A stretch of DNA of 64,000 nucleotides from Mobula hypostoma (lineage: Eukaryota). The position numbers and the translations under genes are program-made. Positions 12,017 to 24,947 of this stretch are shown piece after piece (position 1 is the stretch's first letter; each line of letters begins with the position of its first letter). The stretch covers positions 129,954,001 to 130,018,000 of the forward strand of contig NC_086097.1 of assembly GCF_963921235.1 (NCBI RefSeq), given 5' to 3'. Below the pieces are notes generated by a model. It was given only the letters and a program-made list of their open reading frames with translations, searched no databases and was not told the origin of the DNA.

Positions 12017-12198
12017 CATACAGAATGCTGGAGGAATTCAGCAGATCAGGCAGCATCTATGGGAAGACATAAATGGTTGATGTTTCAGCCTGAAACCCTG
12101 ATTGCTCATTCCTTTCCATTGATGCTACCTGACCTGCTGAGTACCTCCAGCACTTTGTATGTATTAGTCAGGATTTCTAGCATCTGCAGAATCTCTTG
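12017..12198. mobile_element. Fold-back Penelope terminal-repeat fragment
   Basis: atgctggaggaattcagcagatcaggcagcatc followed by its inverse gatgctacctgacctgctgagtacctccagca. Confidence 0.75.
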
Positions 12199-12904
12199 CA
12201 AGCACATTAGACAATGCTGCTCATTATACAGCAAGGAAATCATTATCCTATCCTTGAATATTGTTATATTACTCCTCCCCTCCACCTCTCCCACCCTCTC
12301 AGCTTCTACTGCATTTTTAGGGAATGCATATAGAACTCCAACTTAAAATAGTAAATGCAGAAAATGCTCAGCAGACCAGTCCACATCTATGGAGAGAGAA
12401 AAACAGAACTAACATTTCAGGTTGGCAAGCTTTTAGTAACTTTGATAAATACACCTGACCTGAGCATTTTGAGCTTCCTTTGTTTTTATTCCAGAATTTC
12501 ATATCTCACTGCATAGGCAGTTTTTTCCTGATGAACCTTAAGGTGCCTTTGTCAATTATTTTTACATACGTGTCCCTTGGTAACTGACCCACCTATCAGT
12601 AGAGCCTGCTTCACATTACTCATTCCAACAGAACTTCTGTTCCCTTGGGCTTTCCAGCACGGACCAGAACTCAGAATGTTAATGGCTACAAAAAAAGTAT
12701 GTGCTTAACATGTTAACAAATACAATAAAAACAAAGGTTACAGAATTCTCAATGTTGCAAAGATCAGGCATGTTTCCAATAGATCAAAAAAAAAATTCCA
12801 AGGTCTTCAAGATTCATTGTGGAATCCAGTTCCTGAACCTATGCTTTGTAAAGATTCCCACAACAGTCACACTCAAAGATGAAAGACAAGGCTTCCCTCA
12901 CAAG

Positions 12905-13480
12905 AGCACCATTGAGAGCGTCCAGACAAGCTGCATCTTCATCTAGTCTGGGAGCAGTCGAACATTGGACTGGAAGTCCCTACAAAGGACCGTGAAAAGA
13001 GCTGAGAGGATCATAGGGGTCTCCCTACCATCCATTGGGGACTTTTATCAGGAGCACTGAGTACAAAGAAGCCTTAGTATTATTAATGATTCCACTCATC
13101 CATCCAGCAGCCTCTAACTTTTTACCATCAGGCAAGAGATTCCAATGCATAAAATCAAGAACCGTCAGGATGGGAAACAGTTTCTTCCCTGAGGGCATTA
13201 GGCTTCTGAACTCCCTCCCGCACTGCATTCAAAGTGTCACTGGTTAATCTGTTCTGCACTTTACAATATTTAATATATGCACTTTAGTTTGTTATTTATA
13301 TGTGATTCATCTGTAGATTTTATCCTTACCTTCATAAGTTATCGTGCATTATGTGTTCTGTGTGTACTACTGTGCTTTACACCCTGGTTAGACAAATGTT
13401 GTCTTGTTTCTATATGCATTATATCGTTATATATGTTATATACATGGATATAGTTAAATAACAATAAACTTGACTTTACT
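12905..13480 (+). mobile_element. Rex1/Babar-like LINE 3' fragment
   Basis: TIES...SCI..W remnant, LPSGKR...RMGNSFFPE.IRLLN, and a 3' aataaacttgact tail. Confidence 0.8.
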
Positions 13481-14029
13481 TGAAGAGGAGATATCTGCAA
13501 CACGTCTGAGTTCAAGTAACAAAGACTACAGTGCCAATTTTAACCTATGAAGCCAGAGCTTCAGATCCCAGCTACTTCTCACTAACCAATAGACCTCAAG
13601 ATCAATAAGGTAAAATGGTCAACCTGCAATCTATAACTTTCTGGCTAGTGCACTTACTAGAACTATGATTTGTGTATGTGGAATTCACAGGACATAACAG
13701 GCTATTCCAATTCTAGAAAGCCGTTTTAATACCTACATTATTAACAATACTGCAACATTTTTTGTTTGTCACATCAACTAATGAAAAAGGAGTACTGAAA
13801 AATCTCTTGTCTTTGAGAACACATGGTTTAAAATGAATTCTAATGAAGAAAGCTTAATGCTTTTCAAAGTCAAAATAGTAACATGCATTTCACTGTATTT
13901 TTAACGCAATTAAAAATCCTCCATGTGTGATCAAACAAAAATCAATGCCAAGACAAAGAGAAAAATATAAACTGCCTGTAACTATTGATTTTTCATGGAG
14001 AGTCTTCAAGGAGAAAAAAGCAAAAGATT

Positions 14030-14184
14030 GAGAGAAAGAAATTGAGGGGGAGGGAGAGTGCAGGGGAGAGCAAGCAAGCAAGCAGGAGAGAGACAGAGTG
14101 CAGGAGAGAGACAGAAAAGGAGAAAGAGGGAGATTGAAGGAGTGAGATTAAGGGAGAAATAAACACATCTGGGAGGAAGGGAGG

Positions 14185-14220
<36 letters not shown>

Positions 14221-14290
14221 GAAAGGGAGGGAGAGAGGAAGAGATCAAGGAAATTAGATAGAACAACAGAAAGTGAGAAAGAGTAAGTGA
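14030..14290 (+). repeat. Purine-rich tract including a (GA)n microsatellite at ~14188-14217
   Basis: Seen directly in the sequence. Confidence 0.9.
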
Positions 14291-14924
14291 TGGGTCATTG
14301 TGAATTCAGGCGAGGCGACTTGGGCCTAGACAACTGGAAGCAAAAATGTTATCATAGGAGATCGGAGGATCACAGACAAGATGGAGGAACACTAACATCT
14401 CAGAGTGCTAAAGGAAAGGCTAGATTAAAGAAAGCAAAGAATAATGTTGCAGCTGCTAATTACAACAACATGAACACCCAACCCAACAAGGTTGCTTGTT
14501 TCAATTAGTCCTTTCATTGTGCTTATCTCAATGAAGGTCATGCAAGCAAAGCCTTGATTGTTAGCATCTTAGTATAAGATGGCACTGAGTTGATTCCCAA
14601 GGACTTCAGAATAAACCTAGGCTATAACATCCAGTGTAGTACAGAAGACATGCTGTATTGTTAAAAGTGCTGTCATGTGCTAAACTCTGTCACACTCTTA
14701 TGTTGACATGAAACCTGTACCGCCAATTTGATAAAAAGCAGTCGAGATTTCCAACTAACATTTGCCTTTCATTCAACAGCCATTACGATATTTGTGTTGG
14801 TGGGACTTAAGAGTTTTCAAACTACCGAGGCACTACCATGCTGTCCACCGCTGGGAAGATCTGGCTATTTGTCTTGTTTCTTGAAATTCAATAGAGACTT
14901 CAGAAAGGGAAACTCAAGCTAACA

Positions 14925-15570
14925 CACACCAGTCCTCATTGAGGTGTCAGTTGTAGAAAGGGTAAACAGCTTCAAGTTACTGGGCGTCAATATCTCAGTA
15001 TCTATCTAGGGCTCACCAGCAGCTAAACTTCAGTCGGAGCTTGAGGAGATTTGGTATACTACCAAAGAGTCTGGTGCTTCAGTAGGAGCTTGAGGAGATT
15101 TGGTATGCTACCAAAGAGTCTAGTAAATTTTACAGATGTATGGTGGAAATACATTCTGATTGATTGTACCATCGTCTCACATGGAGGCTCCAACAGGCAA
15201 GATCAAAAGAAGCAGCAGAGGGCCATAGATTCAACCAGCTCCATCACAAGCACATCCTCCCAATCACTGAGGACAGCTTCAAAAAGTGATGCCTCAGGAA
15301 GGTGGCATCCATCTTTAAGGGCACTCATGTGCCCTCTCCTTATAACTATCATCTGAGAAGAGGTTCAGAAACATGAAGACCCATACTCAATATCTTAGGG
15401 ACAGCTCCTTTCCCACCACCACCAGATTTCTGAACTAACACTACCCCACTATTCTTTTTTTACACTATCTATTGACTGATTGCAACTTACAGTAAGTTTT
15501 ATGTCTTGTACTTCTGCCACATAACAACAAACTTCATGACTTATGCCAGTGATAATAAACCTGATACTGA
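14925..15570 (+). mobile_element. Rex1/Babar-like LINE 3' fragment with a ~37-bp internal repeat (15036-15072 / 15085-15121)
   Basis: VERV.SFK.LGV, LRRFG motifs and a gataataaacctgat tail. Confidence 0.8.
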
Positions 15571-16269
15571 ATTGAGGAGATTGACACTGGCTGAAATAGT
15601 TTCTTGTATTCTATAAAAGGAAAACCTTTCAGGGACATTTAGCAAAAGCAAGGGAGCAGTACCACTGGGGCAACTCCTTCAAAGAACAGCAGGGTCAAAA
15701 TGGCACAATAGCCTCCTTCTGTACAATAATGAACTCTGGTACATGCAATGTTTGTGAAAGGTGCTTTAAAAATTTAAATCTATCTTTCCTTAAAATAATT
15801 TTGGCACAAAATCTTGAATGGCAGTGGAGAATTTAATGCATCGGCCTATTGGTTCAAGACTTTGCTGATGTAGATGCCAAGTTCCAATTTACTAACATAA
15901 TTTTGGACTGTTTTTTTTGTTTTTTGTTTTATCGAAATTGGATTGAGAAAGAGGATCAAGCAGTCAACCAAGTGCAATTCACCAAAATATGACAACATTA
16001 GAAATAGGAGCAAGTGGACTGTATGACCTTTCAAGCCTGCTCTGTCATTCAGTGAGATTGCAGCTGATCAGATCTTGGTCTCAGCTCTGTAACATGATAC
16101 TGCAATGTTTTATCACATTAGAACTGCTTTACATATGCTTGTAACTATCAATTTATGTAGTAAGGGGCTTTCTTTAAAATTTAGTTTCCTTAACACCAGA
16201 CTCCTTGTCAATCTAAAATTCTGCCTCAGACTTGAAGGTAATCAATGAATCTGCTTCCCTGGAGTAGAT

Positions 16270-16730
16270 GTGCCCACCACTGAGCACAACTACAAGGAGC
16301 ACTGCCACATGAAAGCAGAATCCATCATCATGGGCCCCCACCATCAACGCCATGTTCTCTTCTTGCTGTGGCCATCACAGGGTGGTGGTATAGGAACAGT
16401 TATTACCCTTTAATCATCAGGCTCCTCAACTGGTGTGGATAACTTTACTCACCCCAACATGGAGGAACTGATTCCACAACCTATGGATTCACTTTCAAGA
16501 ACTCTACAACTCATATTCCTAGTTTCATCTACCTATTTAGTTATTTATTATTATTTGTTTTTATTTGTATTTACACAGTTTGTCTTCTTTTTCACATTAA
16601 TTGTTTGTGTTTGGTTTTCCATTAATTCTATTGCATTTTTTTATTCTACTGTGCATGCTTGCAAGAAAATGAATGAAAGGGTACTATACAGTGACATATA
16701 CATACTTTGTTAATAAATTTACTATGAACG
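16270..16730 (+). mobile_element. Rex1/Babar-like LINE 3' fragment
   Basis: aaagcagaatccatcatca...ccccaccatc...aataaatttact tail. Confidence 0.7.
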
Positions 16731-17599
16731 TTATACTGTTCTATAGAGGAAAGAAATTTTCCTCATTTCTGCCCTAAATGCGTGACCCTCACAAAGGAAA
16801 CCAATCTCTACACATCTTTGTCAAATCCCTCAGAAAACTACATCGTTCTATAAGATCACCTTTCATGAAATGCTGCACTCTAGTCTCTTGAATGAAATGT
16901 TAAACTTCTCAAACTTTTTTCTCAAAAAATACGATAGATATGTGGAATAAGCTGCCAGAGTAAGTGGTAAATCATGTACAATAGCAGTTGGATAGAAACG
17001 TGGAGAGGAAAGATTTAAAAGATTATGCCGCGACTGCTGGCAAATGGAATGAGCTTGAATGTGCATTTTGTCAGCATGGATCAGTTGGGTTGAAGGGAAT
17101 TTCCATGCAGTTTGACTATGACTTTAGCTGCAACACTATTAGTTGAATTCCATTACATAACAAAAATATCATGCGATCCCAGTGAAAAAGACATTGTCCA
17201 AGGTCTCTTGAAGCAAGCACGATGACTCACATTGGATCACTCTGCACTTGTTTTGAAAATGAAACACTGCTTTCCACTCTGAGTCATTCCATTGCCCACT
17301 TCTAGACTGAGCACACACTGTGATTATGCACAAGCTATCATTTCTGAGATTAACTTCAGCGCAACGAGAATTGTGCAAAGATGGAAACTTCATTTTGCAG
17401 TCCTCACGAGAGTGGACCCAAAACACTGGGTGATGACTGTAGGCAAGGGATAATGCCACACATTGAGGTCAAGCCCTGATAGAAAACAACAAGGCTACTT
17501 TTGAACTCATGGTCAAACAGGCAATGAAGCCTCAATGACAAAACCATCCAATAATCGGAAATTTCAGCCAACTCCAACACACCTTGGAGTCAAAAGAAA

Positions 17600-17895
17600 G
17601 GTTTGTATTTATATAATGTTCAGATCTCTTTCAGTATATCCAATTGTCAATTACTGTAATTACTGTTCAAGTGCATTCACTGTTACAATGACCTGCAAAA
17701 CTATTGGTTCGTAGCAAGCTCCCACAAATAGTGATTTGAACATGACCAGATGACCCATGTTGCTCGAGGGCTAAATACTGACCACTGTACTGGGTATAAT
17801 GCTACTATTCCTATTCTTATGACCAGCTGAAACAGTAGTAGCTGTGGCTTCTATTTAACAATTTATCAAGGGACATTTCTGACTGTGCAGCATTC
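17600..17895 (-). mobile_element. Ancient Deu-domain SINE (SacSINE1/AmnSINE1-like) remnant
   Basis: agcaagctcccacaaa, atgaccagat, gagggctaaata and gactgtgcagca resemble the reverse complement of the Deu-SINE core as recalled. Confidence 0.55.
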
Positions 17896-17959
17896 AAGAG
17901 TTATAGAGAGCTGCGTCACAGAAATTGGAACTTCTGCTCACTGAGTTTGTGCTGACCAA

Positions 17960-18240
17960 AAACCATTGATGTACAGAAATCCTAACATTTATCTCATGTT
18001 GCATTCTTCCTATATTCTCATCAACTCCCCTTATATTCAACCACTCACCCACAAACTAAGGACAAGTTACCGCAGCCAGTTCATCTTCCAACGTGCCTGT
18101 CTTTGGAACAAAGGAAAAACCTGAAGTACCCGGAGGAAAGCCATGTGGCCAGACTCCACACAGATATAGCACTGAGAATCTGGATTGGACCCGTGTCCCT
18201 CCAGGTGCGAGGCTGCAGCTCTACTGGCCATGTCACTCTG
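17960..18240 (-). mobile_element. V-SINE/HE1-like SINE
   Basis: ggaaaaacctgaagtacccggaggaaagcca...actccacacaga core. Confidence 0.65.
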
Positions 18241-18934
18241 TTGCTCATCTCCCTCAGCATCAACCTGGAGATGAACCTGACTGAAGGGCACCTGTGCCAT
18301 CAAGTAAGATGGAGCAGACACTGCAACATTTCTTGTCAGGAAAGCTAAAGATTGGTTTAGCATTTGTGATAAGTTAACTTAGTATGCGAGCCAGAGATGA
18401 GGTTTTCCCATAACACGATTGCTACTAACTGTTTAGACAGCGTGTGAAGCAGGTGACGGAGCAAACTTTGTGCAATGCTGTGTAGATCATCCATACTTAA
18501 GAGACAAAATGTGGTAGTAATTGGGTGAATAGTTAGTGTAATGACTGAGTGCCAAACAGTGAATGGCAGTAGCAAAAATGAAGGAAACGCTTGGCAGGTT
18601 TGGCAGCATCTGTGGAAAGAGAAACTGAGGTTTTGTTTCTAATCCGAGACCTTTCATCAGAACAACTATGTCTCAGAAGATTCTGAACTTCCCGAGCTCT
18701 GGCATTGTCGAGAGTGTTGTATCACACTCCTGACTTGAAGCCAGTAGAGAATTGAGCTCTGAGGGATCAAGTGATGACTTCCTTGCTCACATTCGCAGAC
18801 TCTGACTTGATTTCACAGATGCCACAGAATTTACACAAAGTACAGTGCTCAATAAATGTTACAAATAGTATTAATATAAAAAATTAATTGAGTTGTCCAG
18901 TATGTGAAGGAGGTTTACAATATCCACAAACACA

Positions 18935-19870
18935 ACAAGTTCCTCTTATTCTTACCTACCACCCCATGGACCTCCGCAACCTCTGCCATCTTCAAAGGTA
19001 TTCTACCACCAAACACATCTTTACATCCCCTCTACTCTCCGCTTTCCACAGGCATCACTCTCTCTGTGATTCCCTTGTCCATTCGTCCCTCCCCGCTAAT
19101 CTCCCTCCTGGCACTTATCACCATGCCTGCAGGCAGAAGAAGTGCTGCACCTGTCCATTTACTTTCTACCTTAGCTCCATTCACGACTCCAACCAGTCCT
19201 TCCAGGTGAGGCACACTTCACCTACAAATCTGTTGGGGTCGTCTACTGTATTCAATGTTCTCGATGAAGCCTCCTCCACATTGATGAGACCCAATGTAGA
19301 TGGGGGGAGGGGTCACTTTGTTGAGCATCCCCGCTTTATCTGCAACAGGCAAGAATTCCTGGAGGTCAACCATAGTCCAACCCCCACTCCTATTCCAATA
19401 TGTCATTTCATGGCCCCCCACCTCCCATTGCCCCAAGGAGGCCACTCTCAGTTTGAAGGAGCGAGACCTCATATTCTGTCTAGGTAGTCTCCAACATGAT
19501 GGTATTAACATCGATTTCTCCTTCCAGTAAATTTCTCCCCTCTCCTCTTCTTCCATTCTTCTCTCTGGCTCCCTTCTTAACTCTTCTCTTCTCCTTACCC
19601 GCTTATCACCTCACCCTGGTGCCCCTCTCCTTTCCTTTCTCCCATGGTCCACTCTGCTCTCCTATCAGATTCCCCTTAGCTTTTTCACTTATCACCTCTC
19701 AGTTTCTCACTTCATCCTCCCTCCCCACCCCCCCCATGATGTTTTGGCTTCTTCCCACTTCCTTTCCAGTTGTGATGAGGGTCTCAGCCTGAAACAGCCA
19801 ATGTTTATTCCTTTCCTTTAATGCTGCCTGACCTGCTGAGTGTGCCAGCATTTTGTATGTGCTACAATAC
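18935..19870 (+). mobile_element. Penelope-like element 3' part (GIY-YIG region + terminal repeat with degenerate hammerhead)
   Basis: VPLILTYHP, HFVEH, LIFCLGSLQ..G.NIDFS motifs, a pyrimidine tract, and gtgatgagggtctcagcctgaaac near 19772. Confidence 0.85.
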
Positions 19871-20534
19871 CCACACAGCCTGGGCAAAGCAATATAAAAG
19901 GTGAAAAACTTGTGGAGGAGGGGAGCATCATTAGAGTCTGTGCTAGTGTGCGTCTCAGATCAAACTTTTGTCTTTGTTTTCTACAGTTCGAATAATGTAG
20001 CCTCAGGTGAATAACTGTCCAAATACTTTACATTTTGCACAACCCCAATTTTCATTTGGTTTCCATTGAAATTTAACTAACCCTGCCATTGACTTCAACT
20101 GCCAAGGCTCCAAAAAGTTCTGAAATTACTCTAAGATGTTTATTTAAATCTCCTCTCCTTCAACCAAGGTACCTGGCATCTCCTTATGTGGCTTAGTGCC
20201 AAGTTTTGTTTGGTAGTGTTCCTGGGAAAAGCTTAGGGGTTTGCTACCATATAAGTACAAGTTACTAATGTTACTTCATCCAAAGAGTAAGACAAACTTT
20301 TATAATCCTGCTCAACGGGTACCCTCATCTTTCAGATCACGTACTTAGAGATTTATGTCAAAGGACTTGAATACAAATTATACACACAGTCACAGGGCAG
20401 AGCTGTCGGTATTCAATGATGTATTTGGTAGGAACCTGTTATCACTTCTTTATTATGAGTATTTTGAATGCCGATTCTTTTCTTAAAGGGATAACTGCCT
20501 TCAGTATAATTCAAACATTGCTCTCCAACTTCTA

Positions 20535-21135
20535 GCCAGGTACAGAGTATTGATTATAAACGATGTTTTGATGGAAAACTCTGCCATCTTCATCAGGGAT
20601 AATACTTGGGCATGTCTAATCTGGTGGTATTTATACCCTCGTAGTCCATCCCTCCTGATTGGTTAGTCCTCACCCGATCAGTTTCTGCTCTCCCACTTTG
20701 TTTACAATCGAATTCGAGTTCTTACTTACAGCGAGACCTTTGTCTTTGTTAAAATTCTTTTCTTCTAGTTTTTCTCCATTGGCTTCCTTTACCAGGCAGT
20801 TCCAACAGCCATTGGCGTGGCACTGTAGTTTTGTGCCGTCAAAGTCAATCCTATGGCTATTGTGAATGCAGTGTTCTGCTACCGCTGATTTCTCCAGGTA
20901 ACCCAAATGCTCCTCGATGTGGGTTTCCACCATACGTCCCACCTTGCTGATATATGCTGGAAGGAGCACAGGAGGTGTATCCGCTTGGGTTACCTGGTGA
21001 AATCGGCGGTAGCAGAACACTGCATTTGCAATGGCCATAGGATTGACTTTGACGGCACACGACTACTGTGCCATGCCAATTGCTTTTGGGACCGCCTGTT
21101 AAATGAAGGCATCGAAATCAAACTAGAGAAGCAGC
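20535..21135. mobile_element. Second Penelope family fragment (GIY-YIG C-terminus) with an inverted duplication
   Basis: Opposite-strand ORFs both encode KSAVAEHCI.N.HRIDFDGT.L.CHAN. Degenerate hammerhead at ~20570-20600 (-). Confidence 0.85.
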
Positions 21136-21604
21136 GTATATTGGGCAGACGGGACACATGGCGGAGACCCGCATCAGTTACTGAACCGTACGAAATAAAA
21201 ATCCCCAAGCCCAGATGAGACAAAAATGTCTCCAGTGGAAAAAAACTCTGAGCAAAGATAGTGCCAAGTAATAGTGCTACCCCCTTCAAGATAGAACCTA
21301 TCACAGCAAGATACCATCCCAATCTATGACTTTCACTTATACTTCCAACATACCAGGACCATTTCATTTAGAGTTCCGACACAGTCTCTCCCCACTGTCC
21401 TATTTGGATGCATCACTTCTTGGTATGACAACTGCTTTGCATGAGACCGCAAGAAACCTCAAAGAGCTGAGGACACAGTACATCACAGAAAATTTGAGTG
21501 CACTCCACAGATTCTGTTTGCACTTCTCGCTACATAACAGAAGGCTGAAAGACACCTTCTATTCTGCTGTTATAATACTAGCAAACAGTCCTCTAGTACA
21601 ATAA

Positions 21605-21705
21605 ACAACACACATCAAAGTTGCTGGTGAACGCAGCAGGCTAGGCAGCATCTCTAGGAAGGGGTACAGTCGACGTTTCAGGCCGAGACCCTTCGTCAGG
21701 ACTAA
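21605..21705 (-). mobile_element. 101-bp Penelope-derived insertion with 14-bp TSD (CTCTAGTACAATAA at 21591-21604 and 21706-21719)
   Basis: Perfect direct repeat flanks. The content matches the Penelope terminal repeat seen elsewhere in the window. Confidence 0.9.
21667..21704 (-). ncRNA. Minimal type I hammerhead ribozyme motif
   Basis: Minus strand UAGUC-CUGACGA-AGG(GUCUCGG)CCU-GAAA-CGUC^GACUG: full catalytic core, stem I UAGUC/GACUG, stem II AGG/CCU, loop-less palindromic stem III. Confidence 0.85.
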
Positions 21706-22519
21706 CTCTAGTACAATAAGATGGTCTTGTGACCTTACAATCTATTCCGCTATGGCCTTATACTTGCACCACACTTTTTCTGTAACGGTGAAATTGTATT
21801 CTGTGTTTTGTTATCATTTTTCCTTGTCAATGAAATGACCTGAATGGATAGCATGCAAGACAAGTTTTCACTGTCCTTCAGTACATGTGACTTCGTGACA
21901 ATAATAAACCAAATTTACCAATTAATTTGCAGTTTTTCTCTCTCTCTTTCATGCACACATATATAGACACAGGATTTGCATCAGGCACCATTTTAATTAA
22001 TTTTCACACATCCACTCTGCATTGCTGGAGGACCTATGGTTTCTGCCTACAACAGTCTTCCTTTTCCTGTTCAGTTTGCTTTGATTTCCCCAGAGTTTTT
22101 TCGACCTCTCTTATAATTTTGATCTCTAATCTGAAAAGCCAGCCCATCCGCTTTCAATACGTTAACGCATTTCAATGTGACTCATTGTGCCTGAAGTGCT
22201 TTGGTGTTTTCTGAGAAACTGGGAGATAGTATATGAATTAGAACCTCCAATTCAATAGGATTTCACTGGATACAAAGCTCTTTGGGACTTCAAGGTTTTG
22301 AAATATGTTATTTCAATCTTTTCTTCTTCAATGAAAGGCTATGTCCTTCTTTTTAATTTGTTCTCCCATGAAAAATATACATTTTTTTTAATTTTAATTC
22401 ATTTTTTCTTTTCATCTCAATTTTTAACCACAGAAATATAACTTAGTACCTATGACATGAAATGAACTGCAGGAGCTGGTAAGTATATTGTGGTGCCAGT
22501 TTTTCACAATTTATTTTAC

Positions 22520-22860
22520 ATCTTGTTACTTTAGAAGTAGAGGCCATTGAGCCCACTGAGTTTATGCTAGCACTCAGAACAACCCCATTCTTCTATTCAT
22601 TTCTTACATGCACATTTACTCACATACACACACTCATTACTTCACCCTGATTCAACTACCACTAATTTAGTAATCAAATAACCTATGAATCAATGTGACT
22701 TTGAAATGTGGAAGGAAACTAGAGACCCCAGGAAAAACTCATGGTGTTACAGGGAAATGGTTAAACTCTACAACGACAGAGCTAGAGGTCAGGATTGAAT
22801 CTGTTGTTGCTGGAAGTGTAAGGCAGTAGCTCTGGTTGTGGGGTCACTGTACACCACATA
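22520..22860 (-). mobile_element. V-SINE/HE1-like SINE
   Basis: ttgaaatgtggaaggaaactagagaccccaggaaaaactca...acagggaa core. Confidence 0.65.
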
Positions 22861-23941
22861 TGCTTTCATTAGAACTACTTTTTGTTTGTTAATGTTGTAG
22901 TTTTCTTATGATACTCAAGAAATCAAAAACAAATGAAAGGGAAAGCTGTCTTTGTTCTTTTGCCATCTTCAGCAGTGCCAGGGTTGTCTCTTAAACAGCC
23001 TTCCCCAGTTCAGGAGTAATGAGAGATGGACAATAAATTCCAGCATTGTCATCGATGTCTGCTTCCTATGTATAGGAAAATCAAAATACCCAAACAGTAA
23101 CACACAAGTGATGCTCAAATAATAAATACTGTTGGGTAAGTTATTCTATATATGCAGTTTCAAGTGTAGTTATAATGAGTAGAGCAGGTACCAATGTGTT
23201 AACGGGAACGCTGCATATAGGTGCATATTCTTGCCCATGAATGTTATGGCAATTATTTCGCAAAACAGAATTGTTAGACGCCTGGTATGGAAACAATCCA
23301 GAAGAAGCATCAGAAATTAGGGACAGATTAGTCAGAAGGGTGTATTATGGAATGGATGCAAGTTATATAATGGACATAGATGCAGAACAGAATCACCCCT
23401 TCAGGCATACTTACTTTTAACATTAAGCCAGTGATCACACCAAATTATCCTGCAGTTCTTTTGTTAATATGACATAGTATCAATGCCTAGAGCATTAAGT
23501 AACACCATTACATACAAATGCATGAAGTAGGAGCAAGATTAGTCACTTAGCCTCTTGGCGCCTACTCCACTGTTTGGCTAGGCCATGACAGATCTGATTG
23601 TAGCTGCAACTCCATATTCATCTACCTTTGGTAATCTCACCCCTTCCTGATCAAGAATTTAACTACCTCAGTGACTTTGATTCCCTTTGATGGAGAAAGA
23701 ATATTTTGTCTCATCTCGCTCTTAAACAGGTCACTCTTCATCTTTAACATGTGATTTAACATCTGAATTATTTCTATTATAAGAATTTAAGAAACAAAAG
23801 TAGAAATAGACCATATGACTCATGACAAATCTTGGCCTCAGCTCCACTTGCTTATTTTTACTCCATAAAACTTGACTCTCTTATTAACCAAAAATCTACA
23901 TATGCCTTAAATACATTCAATTATTTTAAATGCTGCTACTC

Positions 23942-24232
23942 AAAGTTCAAAGTAAATTTTATTATCAAAGTACATATACGTCACCATATACAACCCTGAG
24001 ATTCATCTTCTTGTGGGAATATTCAGTAAATCTATAGAATCATAACTGTAAACAGGATCAATAAAAGGTCAACCAGAGTGCAGAAGGGAACAAACTGTGC
24101 AAATGCAAATATAATAGCAATATGAGATAATGAGATAAAGAGTCCTTAAAGTGAGATCATTGGTTGTAGGAAAGATGGGGCAAGAGAGAGCAGTTATCCC
24201 CTTTTATTCAAGACCCTTATTGTTGAGGGTTT
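23942..24232 (-). mobile_element. Rex1/Babar-like 3' UTR fragment
   Basis: aaagttcaaagtaaatttttattatcaaagtacatatacgtcaccatatacaaccctgagattc is the reverse of the family tail. Confidence 0.65.
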
Positions 24233-24947
24233 AGTTCAACATCCTCAATTCCATCTTAAAATGGGTGATATCTGTTTCTGATACTTTTTTAAAAATTCAA
24301 ATTCGATTCAATTTTAAGTTTGCTGTTCAATACATTACAATTAAACTATAAAAAATTAATCCCTGAACAACTGCTTTTAAATCCACCTCTCAGAAGTAGC
24401 TCATTTGAGTTTTCATTAAAGTCACACATTGGCAATGGTTAATTAAAATAAAACCAAAGCATTTTGAACATGAGGATAACAATCAAATGCTTGCAACATA
24501 ATGATATCGCAACTGTCAGTGTTCATTGTCATTTCAAAGTGGAGGCCCATGCCTTGAAGATCATATATTGAGTTTGCCCTGCCATTCAAAAAGAATGTGG
24601 CTCTTTTTTACCTCAGCGTTCAGATATTTAGATTTTTGGAGTATTTATTTCTGTTTTAATCCTTCATCTATTATTTTCCTGAATATCCAAAAATCTATAG
24701 ACCTCTCTCTTGATCAACTGGAATTTTATGGGCAGCATTCTTCAAGGAAAGCATCAAGCAATATCTAGGTTAATTAGTTAAACTAGCACACAGAAATGCC
24801 AAACTAAATATTAAGCATGAATAAAAATTAATCTGCTCATATTTTTTCCCATTAAAACCTGAATGTAAAATATCTGACACATTAATTTTTTTTTAAATAC
24901 TAATTATGAAGAGTGAGTTATTTTATTAGAAACAAATAGCTGATTAT

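Larger units (their letters stand above)
21530..21915 (+). mobile_element. Rex1/Babar-like 3' end hosting the 101-bp insertion
   Basis: aggctgaaagacaccttctattctgctgttataa...gtgacaataataaacc. Confidence 0.7.

Noticed and set aside
14287..14508. 73-aa ORF as a host exon
   Set aside because: No recognisable homology or convincing splice signals.
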